Assembly: GCA_903861115.1 (NCBI GenBank)
Contig: CAIOTD010000169.1
Span: 669-64,668 of the forward strand
Direction: 5' to 3'
DNA from: an uncultured Burkholderiales bacterium
GTDB taxonomy: Bacteria > Pseudomonadota > Gammaproteobacteria > Burkholderiales > Burkholderiaceae_C
Length of the DNA stretch: 64,000 nt
The position numbers were made by a program, and so were the translations under genes. This document shows, piece by piece, positions 1 to 9,521 of this stretch. The notes beneath the pieces are model-generated. The model did no database searches, had not been told where the DNA came from, and saw only the letters and a list, made by a program, of their open reading frames with translations. The first letter of the stretch is position 1. Every line of letters starts with the position of its first letter.

Positions 1-889
1 CCCCATAGAGATGCGCCACTTCAACGATGCGCGCCCATCTCTCAGGGGAACGCACAACGCGCCTGAGGGAGGCGCCACCGTGGGCCATCAAAAACTTGGA
101 GATGCACTCATTGGCTGCGATCATGAACTCTTCAATCAATTGCCGTGCGCGGTTGTGAGGCTGCGTGCTCAATTTGGTGATGCTGTCGCCTTCGAATTCA
201 GCACGGGGCTGAAAGGTCTCAAAATTGAGCGCACCCGCTTGGTTGCGTCTTTTTTTGAGCAATTGCGCGAGGTGGTCTTGTGCTCTGAGTTGTGCATCCA
301 TGCCCTGCACGCTCAGAGCGGCCTGGGGCAATTCGCCAGTGTTTTCAAGCCACTCGGAGACGGCGTCATAGGCCAACTTGCTGTGGTTCAACACATGGGC
401 CAGATAGACGTCGTACTGCTGAATTTCTCCCTCTTTGTTGAACATCATGTCCACCACCATGGCCGCTCGTTTGACGCCTGGATTGAGGGACGTGAGATGG
501 GTGCTGAGCTTTTCAGGCAGCATGGGGAAAATCTTGGCCGAGGTGTACACCGAGGTGGTGTTGGCCAAGGCCTGCTCGTCAATGGCGGAGCCCTTTTTGA
601 CCAAACTGTCCACATCAGCGATGGCGACCATGAGAGAGAGGCCTCCATGGGCCAGCGCGCGACTCACCGTCAGTTGATCAAGATCTTTGGAGTCATCGTT
701 GTCGATGCTGCACCATAGCAAATCCGAGAGGTCTCGGGTGCCATCAGACGCATCAAGAGCGGCCTCGTTGATGTGATCCAATTGTTGGAGCGCTGCTTGT
801 GAAAATTCAGGCCGCAAGCCTCGCTCTAAAAGGACTTGGTCTGCAAGGGCCGCCAAATTGACCCGTTGGTGAGAATGGTGTTGTGACAT
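1..889 (-). CDS. RNB-domain exoribonuclease (RNase II/R family), N-terminal ~296 codons; 3' end lies beyond the left edge
   Basis: Absent from the ORF track because it runs off the window. My own translation of the minus strand from ATG at 889 gives MSQHHSHQRVNLAALADQVLLERGLRPEF...LLWCSIDNDDSKDLDQLTVS...STQPHNRARQLIEEFMIAANECISKFLMA. The DNDDSKDLDQL and RxLIEEFMIxAN strings are conserved RNB catalytic-domain motifs. The plus-strand ORF 11..718 is its antisense shadow. Confidence 0.8.
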   Translation of the reverse strand, partial: MSQHHSHQRVNLAALADQVLLERGLRPEFSQAALQQLDHINEAALDASDGTRDLSDLLWCSIDNDDSKDLDQLTVSRALAHGGLSLMVAIADVDSLVKKGSAIDEQALANTTSVYTSAKIFPMLPEKLSTHLTSLNPGVKRAAMVVDMMFNKEGEIQQYDVYLAHVLNHSKLAYDAVSEWLENTGELPQAALSVQGMDAQLRAQDHLAQLLKKRRNQAGALNFETFQPRAEFEGDSITKLSTQPHNRARQLIEEFMIAANECISKFLMAHGGASLRRVVRSPERWARIVEVAHLYG

Positions 890-953
890 GCCTGCATCCT
901 AATCCACTAAACGCAGATTTGGGATGCGGGCTGTCTATTTTTTTGCAATCGAA

Positions 954-2846
954 TTAGATTTCGATGTATCCGCCCAGTTCAATCGAATGCTCCAATGGAA
1001 TTTGGAAGTATTCGGTCGCCCCCAACATCACCCGGTGCAAGAAGACGAACAAGTTCAAGAACCAAGGCGAGCTCTTCTTGGGCACGACTTTTTCTCGACC
1101 GATAAAGAAGGAGGTGGCCATCAATTCATTTTTAACACCCTTGGCATCCAAAAGTTTCATGATGTCCAGCATGTTGGGCTCTTCCATGAAACCGTAGTGC
1201 ACTTGAATTTCATAGAAATTGTGCAAATGGGGTTTGATGAAAATTCGCTTGTCTTGCTCAATGGTTGGAATGTTGTCAAAGATCACATTGAGCAACAACA
1301 CGGTCTCATGCAAGACTTTGTTGTGTTTTAAATTGTGCATCAAGGCCATGGGCACAATGTTTTGATGAGGGACCATGAACACCGCGGTACCGGGGACCCG
1401 AATAGGATCTCCCGCTTTGATGACAGACAAAAAATCGGTCAAGTTGATGGAGTTCCCCCAGCGCGCTTTGAGCAAACGCTCTCGCCCACTGATCCAAGAG
1501 ATCATGACCAAGAGGACCAAACTGGCGACAGCAATGGGCAACCAACCGCCTTCAAGAAACTTGAACAAATTGGCAACCAAAAACACCAAATCGAGCAAGA
1601 ACAGGATGGAGAAAATCGGTATAAAAATGGACCTGTTCCACTTTCTTACAGAAATCATGAAGTAGGAAGCCAGCAAAGTATCAATGGCCATGGCGCCCGT
1701 GACCGAGATGCCATAAGCAGAAGCCAGGCTCTCTGAATTCTTGAACGTGAGCACCAAGAGCACCACACCGAGAAAGAGCATGATGTTGATTTTGGAGACA
1801 TACACTTGACCAATTTCTTGCGCCGAGGTGTGACGAATCCTCAGTCTTGGGATGTAGCCCAATTGAACGGCCTGGTTGGCAATTGAAAACGCGCCTGAGA
1901 TCACAGCCTGTGAGGCAATGATGGTGGCCATAAAGGCCAAGCCCAGCAAGGGCAACAAGCCCCATGAGGGACACAATCTGTAGAAGGGATTGTCAATTGC
2001 CGAGGGGTCTCTGATCAAAAGCGCACCTTGTCCAAAGTAATTGAGCAACAAGCAAGGAAACACAATGATGAGCCACGCACGTTGAATGGGTGCGCGGCCA
2101 AAGTGCCCCATGTCTGCGTACAAGGCCTCGCCACCCGTCACAGCCAAAACCACGGAACCCAAAATCGCGACCGAAACACCTTGATGCTCGAGCAAAAAGA
2201 AGATGCCATTCAAAGGATTCAAGGCCGCCCAGACCTCAGGGCTGTTGACCACCTCGACCAAGCCCATGGCGCCCAACGCAAAGAACCATACGAGCATGAT
2301 GGGGCCAAACACCACCCCCACTTTGCCAGTTCCGAAGCGCTCAACCGCAAAGAGGCCTGCGATCAAGACCAAGGTGATGTAGATCACATAGTGATTGAGC
2401 TCAGGAGAAATCACATTCAAGCCCTCGACCGCACTCAGCACCGAGATGGCTGGTGTGATCATGCTGTCGCCAAAGAAAAGCGCAGCACCGGCGGTCCCTG
2501 CGATCGTCACCAGCCAACGTTTGGAGGGACTGTTGCCCAACTTTTGCAGCACCAAGGCGGTCAAAGCAAAAACACCGCCCTCCCCGTTGTTGTCCGCTCG
2601 CATGATGATCATCACATATTTGATGGTCACGACCAGCAACAAAGACCATGTGATCAAGGACAAAATGCCCAACACGGCGGGCTGCAATGCAGCACCAGCA
2701 CTGCCCCCCGAAGCCTCCACGGAGACTTTTAAGGCGTACAAGGGTGAGGTTCCAATATCACCAAATACAACGCCCAACGCACCAATTAACAAAACAGCCA
2801 TGTTGCTTTTGTGCGTTTGACCCGGTTCAAGTTCAGTCGATGACAT
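954..2846 (-). CDS. kup: KUP/HAK/KT family potassium transporter
   Basis: 630-aa ORF with ATG at 2846. N-terminal GVVFGDIGTSPLYAL family signature, about 12 hydrophobic segments, then a soluble C-terminal domain. Confidence 0.95.
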   Translation of the reverse strand: MSSTELEPGQTHKSNMAVLLIGALGVVFGDIGTSPLYALKVSVEASGGSAGAALQPAVLGILSLITWSLLLVVTIKYVMIIMRADNNGEGGVFALTALVLQKLGNSPSKRWLVTIAGTAGAALFFGDSMITPAISVLSAVEGLNVISPELNHYVIYITLVLIAGLFAVERFGTGKVGVVFGPIMLVWFFALGAMGLVEVVNSPEVWAALNPLNGIFFLLEHQGVSVAILGSVVLAVTGGEALYADMGHFGRAPIQRAWLIIVFPCLLLNYFGQGALLIRDPSAIDNPFYRLCPSWGLLPLLGLAFMATIIASQAVISGAFSIANQAVQLGYIPRLRIRHTSAQEIGQVYVSKINIMLFLGVVLLVLTFKNSESLASAYGISVTGAMAIDTLLASYFMISVRKWNRSIFIPIFSILFLLDLVFLVANLFKFLEGGWLPIAVASLVLLVMISWISGRERLLKARWGNSINLTDFLSVIKAGDPIRVPGTAVFMVPHQNIVPMALMHNLKHNKVLHETVLLLNVIFDNIPTIEQDKRIFIKPHLHNFYEIQVHYGFMEEPNMLDIMKLLDAKGVKNELMATSFFIGREKVVPKKSSPWFLNLFVFLHRVMLGATEYFQIPLEHSIELGGYIEI

Positions 2847-3002
2847 AAAGTCCTTTAAGTATCTGCAAAGTGGAACGGATAATAGTTCAGATTCAAAGAT
2901 GGATCTGACTGTGTAAGGGGAATCCTACTAGGGTTTACCCTAATTAACAATGTTTGCGGCCATGGCCTTTTATTTTTAAGTTTTGCGCCATTGAAAAACC
3001 CC

Positions 3003-3641
3003 TTAAGCGTCCTCTGACCAAAGGGGCCGCTTGGTCATGATGGAGACAAACAACTCAGAGTTTTCCATGCCCCTGAGCCAAGCTTTCAAGGGTTCAAGGG
3101 GCAACTGATCAAACCAAGTGGGGTCCACGTGGGCAAACTGACGCACAAAGGGCATCAAGGCCAAGTCGGCCAAGCTTCGTGTTGGACCGAATAAAAAAGC
3201 GCTGCTCATCAATTGCGCATTCAAGGCCTCTAAAAAGAGAGCGCCTATTTGCCTAAAAGGCAATGGATCGGTCAAGCCAAAGCGATGGGGGTATTTATAG
3301 CGATCCAAATTGAACTTGAAGCCTTGGTCATTTTGTTCAATCAAATCAAACATGGCACTGCTTTGGTGCGGATCTTGACTTAAACAATGCTCAGGGTCAT
3401 GGCGGCCCAAAGACCATTTCATGATCTCTAAACTTTGATCAATGACACATTCCTGATCGGCATCTTTGAGCCAAAGAACGGGAACCGTCCCCTTTGGGGA
3501 GAGGGACAACAAATGCAAAGGCTTGGCCTTGAGTTCAATTTCTCGGTGCTCGTACTGGGTTTGTGACAACTTCAATGCCATGCGTGCGCGCATGGCATAA
3601 GGACAGCGCCGAAATGAATACAGAACGATTTGCACGAACAC
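3003..3641 (-). CDS. Glutathione S-transferase-like protein (thioredoxin-fold N-domain + GST-C-like domain)
   Basis: 212 aa with a GTG start. The N-terminus RRCPYAMRARMAL resembles a glutaredoxin/GST-N site and is followed by a helical C-half. Subfamily cannot be resolved by eye. Confidence 0.7.
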   Translation of the reverse strand: MFVQIVLYSFRRCPYAMRARMALKLSQTQYEHREIELKAKPLHLLSLSPKGTVPVLWLKDADQECVIDQSLEIMKWSLGRHDPEHCLSQDPHQSSAMFDLIEQNDQGFKFNLDRYKYPHRFGLTDPLPFRQIGALFLEALNAQLMSSAFLFGPTRSLADLALMPFVRQFAHVDPTWFDQLPLEPLKAWLRGMENSELFVSIMTKRPLWSEDA

Positions 3642-3680
3642 GGCCCCAGGCGTTTAAAGGTTAAAGTGGGTCGGTTGGCG

Positions 3681-4037
3681 TTATCGCACCAGGTCCACGA
3701 TGTCCAAGACGGTCTCCATGGGCCGACAAAGTCTTGTGCCCTTGGGCGTCACGACAATGGGCCGGTTCATCAAAATGGGATGCTCAACCATGAAGTCCAA
3801 AAGTTCTTCATCGCTCCATTTTGCATGCCCCAAGTCGAGCTCATCATAAGGCGTGCCCTTTTGTCTTAAAAGTTCTCGAACCCCCATGTTCATGTCCTTC
3901 AACAAGCGCTTGAGATCCGATTTGCTTGCCGGTGTCTCCAAGTACAAAATGGTCTCAAAGTCCAAGCCATGCTCGCTCAAGAATTCAACGGTTTTTCGCG
4001 ACGTCCCGCATTTGGGGTTGTGGTAGATTTTTATCAT
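3681..4037 (-). CDS. arsC: Glutaredoxin-coupled arsenate reductase (ArsC family)
   Basis: 118 aa, collinear with R773/E. coli ArsC. Has IYHNPKCGTSR (catalytic Cys) and the conserved Arg contexts VRELLR, NRPIVV and RLCRP. Confidence 0.85.
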   Translation of the reverse strand: MIKIYHNPKCGTSRKTVEFLSEHGLDFETILYLETPASKSDLKRLLKDMNMGVRELLRQKGTPYDELDLGHAKWSDEELLDFMVEHPILMNRPIVVTPKGTRLCRPMETVLDIVDLVR

Positions 4038-4313
4038 GGGGCAATGAAGCGTTGAAGTTGGAGTGATTTTGAGAGGATGAAGACCCTAACCAGGATCGAC
4101 AACACACTGCACGCCTGGGATTTTAGTTCTTAAATGTTCTGAATCCTAGACCCTGAAGACTTCACAACAAAAAGTGCCACCATGCGTCCTTGGCCACTGG
4201 CGCTGTGCAATAAGGGATAACCTAGTTGTTCATCCCGTTCTCGAGGCATGGAAATCTAGCATTCAATGAAATAATAAGCCCTTCATTGCGCATCGACACA
4301 CAAAGGGTTCATT

Positions 4314-6077
4314 TTGAGTCATTCCACGTCCACCCCGGCCACCGCAGCTTGCCGAATTTTAGAAGATGCGACACAACTGGGAATTGAATACATTTTCACC
4401 AACTTGGGCAGCGACCATCCGGCTTTCATTGAAGCATTCGCCACACTGAACGCCCAGGGCAAGAAAAGTCCAACCATCATCGTCTGTCCCCACGAGATGA
4501 CGGCTTTGAGCGCTGCTCACGGTCACTCAATGATCACCCGCAAGCCTCAAATGGTCTTGGTCCATGTGGACGTGGGTACACAGAACTTGGGATGCAGTGT
4601 GCACAACGCGGCCAGGGCACGCATACCCGTGGTCATTGTGGCCGGCCTGTCGCCCACAAGCATCACCCATGAGCAAACGGGGCACCGAACTGAATTCATT
4701 CACTACACACAAGACTCCACGCGCCAGCATGAAATCGTGGCCCAATACATGAAGTGGTTTTACGAGTTGAGAAGTGCAAAAATGGCCCATGAGGTCTTGG
4801 CCAGAGGCGTTCAAATCGCCTCCTCCAGCCCTCAAGGACCGGTGTATCTCACCGGTGCCAGAGAAGTCTGGGAAGAAGAAAGCTCTCAGCTATCTCTACA
4901 AAGTGCCCATTGGTCCGCCAGCGAACCCCTTGGTTTTTCTGAAGCCGAGGCCAACACCTTGGTGCAAGCTTTGCTCAAAAGTCAAAGGCCTTTGATCATC
5001 ACCTCCTATTTGGGCAGAAACACCCAAAGCGTTCACGCTCTTCAAGACCTGGTTGAAACGGTTGGGATTGCCGTGTGCGAGGTCAACCCTCAGTACATGA
5101 ATTTTCCAGGCGATCATGCCTGCCACATTGGATACAAACGCAACAGTCTGGTCGATGAGGCCGATTTGATTCTTCTGATTGACGTCGACGTGCCTTGGAT
5201 CATGGCCAAAGTCAGCCCCAAAGAGCATTGCGCCTTGTTCATGATCGACATGGACATCCAAAAAACCGATCTGGGCTTTTGGCATTTCCCAATCCATAAA
5301 AGTTGGCAGGCCGATAGCTTTGCATGTCTCACCCGCATGAACGAGCAGTTGCGTTTGCGCCAAGTCGCGCCCCAAGAACGCCAAGCGCGCAAGCAATGGA
5401 TTGAAGCGGCAAAGAACGCACTCAAACTGCCCGATTTACCAGCTCTTCCCAATGGGCACATCCAGCTGCAAGATTTGTGCTTGGCGGTCAAAGCCTTGGT
5501 CAATGAAAAAACCGTCCTGTTGTTTGAGTCACCCACCGCGACAGAGCGGCTGCTGTTCACCCTCCAAATGAACCGTCCGGGCAGCTACTTTGCCAACGGG
5601 GGCAGTGGATTGGGTTGGGGCATCAATGCAGCCATTGGCGCCAAATTGGCACAACCAAAAAGCGAAGTGATTTCTTTTGTGGGCGACGGCAGTTTCATCT
5701 TCGGTGTGCCCAGCAGCACTTACTGGGTCAGTGAAACCTATGGCACGCCACAGCTCACCATCGTGGTGAACAACAAAGGCTGGAATGCACCCAAGACGTC
5801 GACCCTATTGGTTCACCCCAAAGGTCAAGCCCAAGCGCATGACACGTATTGGATCACGGTGGGCCATGAGAGCCGATTTGCAGATATCGCGCAAGCTGCA
5901 GGAGGCGCCAAGGCCTACCGTGTCAGTCAATTGTCACAGCTCGCCCAAACGTTGACGCAAGCCTTGGCCGCTGTCAGAGCCGGACAAAGTGCTGTCGTTG
6001 ATGTGTTGATACCGCCCATCTCCGCTCAAACACTGGGCAAAACAACTGATTCACAAGAGGAAAGGGTCCTTGCGTGA
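4314..6077 (+). CDS. Thiamine-diphosphate-dependent enzyme (acetolactate-synthase-like), substrate unknown
   Basis: 587 aa with a TTG start in the track. Pyr domain carries PHEMTALSAAHG (catalytic Glu context). C-terminal PP domain carries the ThDP/Mg motif GDGSFIFG...VVNNKGW. Confidence 0.8.
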   Translation: MSHSTSTPATAACRILEDATQLGIEYIFTNLGSDHPAFIEAFATLNAQGKKSPTIIVCPHEMTALSAAHGHSMITRKPQMVLVHVDVGTQNLGCSVHNAARARIPVVIVAGLSPTSITHEQTGHRTEFIHYTQDSTRQHEIVAQYMKWFYELRSAKMAHEVLARGVQIASSSPQGPVYLTGAREVWEEESSQLSLQSAHWSASEPLGFSEAEANTLVQALLKSQRPLIITSYLGRNTQSVHALQDLVETVGIAVCEVNPQYMNFPGDHACHIGYKRNSLVDEADLILLIDVDVPWIMAKVSPKEHCALFMIDMDIQKTDLGFWHFPIHKSWQADSFACLTRMNEQLRLRQVAPQERQARKQWIEAAKNALKLPDLPALPNGHIQLQDLCLAVKALVNEKTVLLFESPTATERLLFTLQMNRPGSYFANGGSGLGWGINAAIGAKLAQPKSEVISFVGDGSFIFGVPSSTYWVSETYGTPQLTIVVNNKGWNAPKTSTLLVHPKGQAQAHDTYWITVGHESRFADIAQAAGGAKAYRVSQLSQLAQTLTQALAAVRAGQSAVVDVLIPPISAQTLGKTTDSQEERVLA

Positions 6078-7045
6078 AAGCCATTGAATTCAAAGAAAGC
6101 GGCAAGTTGTCGAATTTAAAATTCACAGACTTGGACAAACCCAAGCCCAAAGAGGGCGAGGTCTTGATCAAAGTGATGGCCGCGGGTCTCAACAAGAGCG
6201 ACACCACCAACGTCTTGGGCTTGTTTCCCTACACGACCTTGCCCAGAGTGCCTGGCAGAGATTATGCAGGCGTCATTGAAGAAGGCCCCGAAGAGCTCCT
6301 TGGACTGGAGGTCTTTGGCACTGGAAAAGAAATCGGTTTTACGCAAAACGGCTCACACGCACAGTACCTGTGCCTGCCCAAGAATTGCTTTAGCCTCAAG
6401 CCTGATAATTTAAGCTTTGAGCAAGCCGCGTCTTGTGGCGTGCCCTTCATCACCGCATACTTTGCCATTGAAAACACCCGTGTCGCGTCCGCCTCAAAAG
6501 TGGTGGTGATTGGCGCGTCCGGTGCCGTTGGATTTGCCGCCATCCAATTGGCCAAAGAAAAAGGGGCCGATGTATTGTGTTTACTGAGAGATGAAACAAA
6601 AGCCAACGCGCTAGAGAGAATGGGCTTTGCCACTCGCTTGATCAACGAAGCCTCGTCCATTGAACACGTGGTGCATGAACACTTTCCTCAAGGGGCCGAC
6701 GTCATCTTTGACACCACAGGATTTTGGATCGCGCAAAGCATCCACGCACTGGCCCATTATGGTCGACTCGCCTGCATTGTTGTCCCAGGCGATGGTCATG
6801 TTGCCATCTCGATCAGAGACCTATACCGACTTGGTGCTGAGCTCATTGGCGTGAATTCTTTGCTTTACTCTGCCAAAACCTGTGCGCACGTTTTTGATCA
6901 ACTCGCCTCAGGCTTTTCAAATGGGCGTTTGCTCGCCCCTCAACAACTTGACACCTCTCCTCTGTCTGAGGCGCCCGCGCTGTACCAAGAACTGCGACAA
7001 GGGAAAAAAGGGAAATTCATTCTCTTGCCTTTTGAAAACATTTGA
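6074..7045 (+). CDS. MDR-superfamily NAD(P)H:quinone oxidoreductase / zinc-independent alcohol dehydrogenase-like protein
   Basis: 323 aa. GroES-like N-domain plus Rossmann motif VVIGASGAVGFAAIQLAK. The GTG start overlaps the upstream stop (GTGA). Confidence 0.8.
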   Translation: MKAIEFKESGKLSNLKFTDLDKPKPKEGEVLIKVMAAGLNKSDTTNVLGLFPYTTLPRVPGRDYAGVIEEGPEELLGLEVFGTGKEIGFTQNGSHAQYLCLPKNCFSLKPDNLSFEQAASCGVPFITAYFAIENTRVASASKVVVIGASGAVGFAAIQLAKEKGADVLCLLRDETKANALERMGFATRLINEASSIEHVVHEHFPQGADVIFDTTGFWIAQSIHALAHYGRLACIVVPGDGHVAISIRDLYRLGAELIGVNSLLYSAKTCAHVFDQLASGFSNGRLLAPQQLDTSPLSEAPALYQELRQGKKGKFILLPFENI

Positions 7046-7059
7046 ACCACGCTCAGCCT

Positions 7060-7845
7060 ATGAAATGGATCCGATTTAAACACCAGACGTTGATCTCCTT
7101 TGGTCACCTAGAGGACAACAAAGTCCAACAAATTTTGGGCTCGCCGTTGGGCCAATGGGAAGTGGGCTCAAGTCAATTTGATTTGAGCGAGATTGAATTG
7201 CTCACCCCCCTTCAACCCGGCATGCTTTATTTCGCGGGTCCCAACTTCAAGGGGCACATTGAGGCCATGGCCAAGCGACGAGGTCAAGCACCCGTCTACC
7301 CCACTCGACCGGATCCCCACTTTCGCTCTGTCCATGCCTTGATCCCCAGTGGTGCCAACATCGTCGTGCCCCATGACAGCTGTGGTCGCTTGCAACCTGA
7401 GGGGCAACTCACCGTGGTCATTGGCAAAAAGGCCAGATATGTTTCAGAAGAAAATGCACTTGAACACGTGCTTGGTTACAGTTTGAGCAACGACATCACG
7501 GAGCGTGAATGGCAAAAAGTTGACCGCACCATGTTCAGGAGCAAAAACACCGACACCTTCAAGCCTTTCGGTCCTTGTATCGCAACGGGACTGGACCCCA
7601 CAGATCTTCGCATCCAAGTGCGCCACAATGGACTGGTCATTGCAGACTTCTCAAGCGCCGAACAAACATGGAGTGTGGCGCACTGGATTCACGCCCTGAG
7701 TCAAAACACCACACTTCATCCGGGCGACTGCATCATGATGGGGACCCAAGGGGCCGCAGGGGACATGGTGGCGGGCGATTTGATCGAAGTAGAGAGCCCG
7801 GGCATTGGGTTGCTCAGCAATCGATTGGTTGCTGAAAGCCCGTGA
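7060..7845 (+). CDS. Fumarylacetoacetate hydrolase (FAH) family protein
   Basis: The ORF track starts at TTG 7042, overlapping the upstream stop. ATG 7060 (MKWIRFKHQ...) resembles typical FAH-family N-termini. FAH-fold strings VIGKKARYVSEENALEHVLGYSLSNDITEREWQ and HPGDCIMMGT are present. Confidence 0.8.
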   Translation: MKWIRFKHQTLISFGHLEDNKVQQILGSPLGQWEVGSSQFDLSEIELLTPLQPGMLYFAGPNFKGHIEAMAKRRGQAPVYPTRPDPHFRSVHALIPSGANIVVPHDSCGRLQPEGQLTVVIGKKARYVSEENALEHVLGYSLSNDITEREWQKVDRTMFRSKNTDTFKPFGPCIATGLDPTDLRIQVRHNGLVIADFSSAEQTWSVAHWIHALSQNTTLHPGDCIMMGTQGAAGDMVAGDLIEVESPGIGLLSNRLVAESP

Positions 7846-7933
7846 TCGCCATTTCAAGGGAGCTGGAAGCCGCATCCGCAAAGCCGCCCTCTCAGGATGG
7901 CTTTTTTATGATTTTTAAACGAAGGGAAATGAC

Positions 7934-8749
7934 ATGCTTTTAAAGACGTGGGGACTTTTATTGTGCTTGCTGTGGATGACGTGTACAGCCGCCCTTTCTC
8001 AAAATGCCAAGACACAGGTGATGTGGCTGGGTCAGTCGGCCTTCAAAATTGTCACGCCAGCGGGCAAAGTGATCCTGACCGACCCGTGGTTGATCGCCAA
8101 CCCCAAAACACCGCCTGAATTCAAAAAGCTTGAAAACCTCGGCAAAATTGATGTTTTGTTGGTCTCACATGCCCACTGGGATCACTTTGCAGACGCGCCT
8201 GCCATTGCCAAATTGAACAACATTCCCATGTGGGGGCCAGGCGACTTGAACTCGGTGACCGTGGCGCTGGGCATCTTGCCGCCCAACTTGGCCCCCAGAT
8301 TCAACAAGTCAGGCACGGTCACACCCGCCCCAGGTGTCCAAGTCACTGCAGTTCACGCCGAACACTCCTCCATCTTGGTGTGGAAAAATCCCACGACCCA
8401 AGTCGAGGAAACTCACTTTGGGGGAGAACCCATTGGTTTCATCATTGAACTTGAGAATGGCTTTAAGATCTATCACATGGGTGACACGGGTCTTTTCAGC
8501 GACATGAAATTCATTGCTGAATACTACAAACCCGATCTGGTCATGATGCCCATTGGGGGCAACTTCACCATGGGTCCTAGGGAAGCAGCCTTCGCCGCGA
8601 AAGAGTGGTTAAAGGTCCCCAGGGTCATTCCCATGCACTTTGGCGCGAACCCCTTGGCCAAAGGCACCGTGAAAGAATTTCAAAAATTTCTAGAGGGCTC
8701 CGGCATCCAAGTGCTGGAGATGACACCCGGCTTGGCGCAAGAATTTTGA
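7934..8749 (+). CDS. Exported metallo-beta-lactamase-fold hydrolase (UPF0173-like)
   Basis: 271 aa. Signal peptide LLLCLLWMTCTAALSQ. MBL His motif LVSHAHWDHF, plus HMGDTG. Confidence 0.8.
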   Translation: MLLKTWGLLLCLLWMTCTAALSQNAKTQVMWLGQSAFKIVTPAGKVILTDPWLIANPKTPPEFKKLENLGKIDVLLVSHAHWDHFADAPAIAKLNNIPMWGPGDLNSVTVALGILPPNLAPRFNKSGTVTPAPGVQVTAVHAEHSSILVWKNPTTQVEETHFGGEPIGFIIELENGFKIYHMGDTGLFSDMKFIAEYYKPDLVMMPIGGNFTMGPREAAFAAKEWLKVPRVIPMHFGANPLAKGTVKEFQKFLEGSGIQVLEMTPGLAQEF

Positions 8750-8803
8750 GTCTCTGAGGCACCAGGCCCCAAGTTCCTTTTTCATACACGAGCACCCACA
8801 CGC

Positions 8804-9472
8804 ATGTCCCCACACCCGATTAAAGCATTCATCTTCGACTGCGATGGCACCTTGGTCAACAGCGAAGAGCCCGGCATTGAGGTCATTCAAAACCTGGCCA
8901 ATCAAGCGGGACTGACTTTAAGCAAAGAGGAAGCGCTGCATCGATTCACAGGCTTGAAGATGAAAGACATTGTCGACTGGATTGAGGCGCAACTGCCACG
9001 AACGCTGGGTGAGGGCTTTCACGCCGATTTCACTTTGCGGGTGCGTCAAGCTCAGGCCCTTCGCTTCAATGAGGGCCTGGACACGATTGCGGGGGCGAAA
9101 GAGCTTCTTGATTACCTTGAGTTGCCCGTGAGCGTGGCAACCAATGGCCCAAGAGAAAAAGTTGAAATGACCCTGCGCTTGACGGGCTTGCGCGCGTATT
9201 TCTCTCATCACGTTTACAGCGCCTATGAGGTGGGTCACTTCAAGCCCTCACCTGAGCTCTTTTTGCACGTTGCCAAAGCCTTGCGCGTGCAGGCTCATAA
9301 CTGTGCCGTGGTGGAAGACAGCCTCACCGGGGTGAGCGCCGCAATCGCAGCAAAGATGCAAGTGTTCTGCCTTGCAACACCCGACACCCTGCCTGAGCAC
9401 ATGCACAGGCAAGTCGTTTTTATTGAGAATTTGCTCGATGTAAAAACACACTTGCTCGCCAAATCCAATTAA
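8804..9472 (+). CDS. HAD-superfamily hydrolase (phosphatase/beta-phosphoglucomutase-like subfamily IA)
   Basis: 222 aa. Motif I FIFDCDGTLVNSE and a late acidic motif VVEDSLTGV. Confidence 0.8.
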   Translation: MSPHPIKAFIFDCDGTLVNSEEPGIEVIQNLANQAGLTLSKEEALHRFTGLKMKDIVDWIEAQLPRTLGEGFHADFTLRVRQAQALRFNEGLDTIAGAKELLDYLELPVSVATNGPREKVEMTLRLTGLRAYFSHHVYSAYEVGHFKPSPELFLHVAKALRVQAHNCAVVEDSLTGVSAAIAAKMQVFCLATPDTLPEHMHRQVVFIENLLDVKTHLLAKSN

Positions 9473-9521
9473 AGTGCAGAGACTTCATCCATTGATGTTC
9501 ACCCCCAAAGGACGTACGCCC

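Noticed and set aside
11-718. 235-aa plus-strand ORF at the left edge
   Set aside because: It is antisense to a minus-strand frame that carries clear RNB ribonuclease motifs. Its own translation is low-complexity and Arg/Gly/His-rich with no family features, so it is a shadow ORF.
2028-2732. 234-aa plus-strand ORF, with other 80-140-aa ORFs, inside the first kup gene
   Set aside because: They are antisense or out of frame relative to a full-length Kup transporter. Their composition (H/R/Q/G-rich) is typical of antisense frames.
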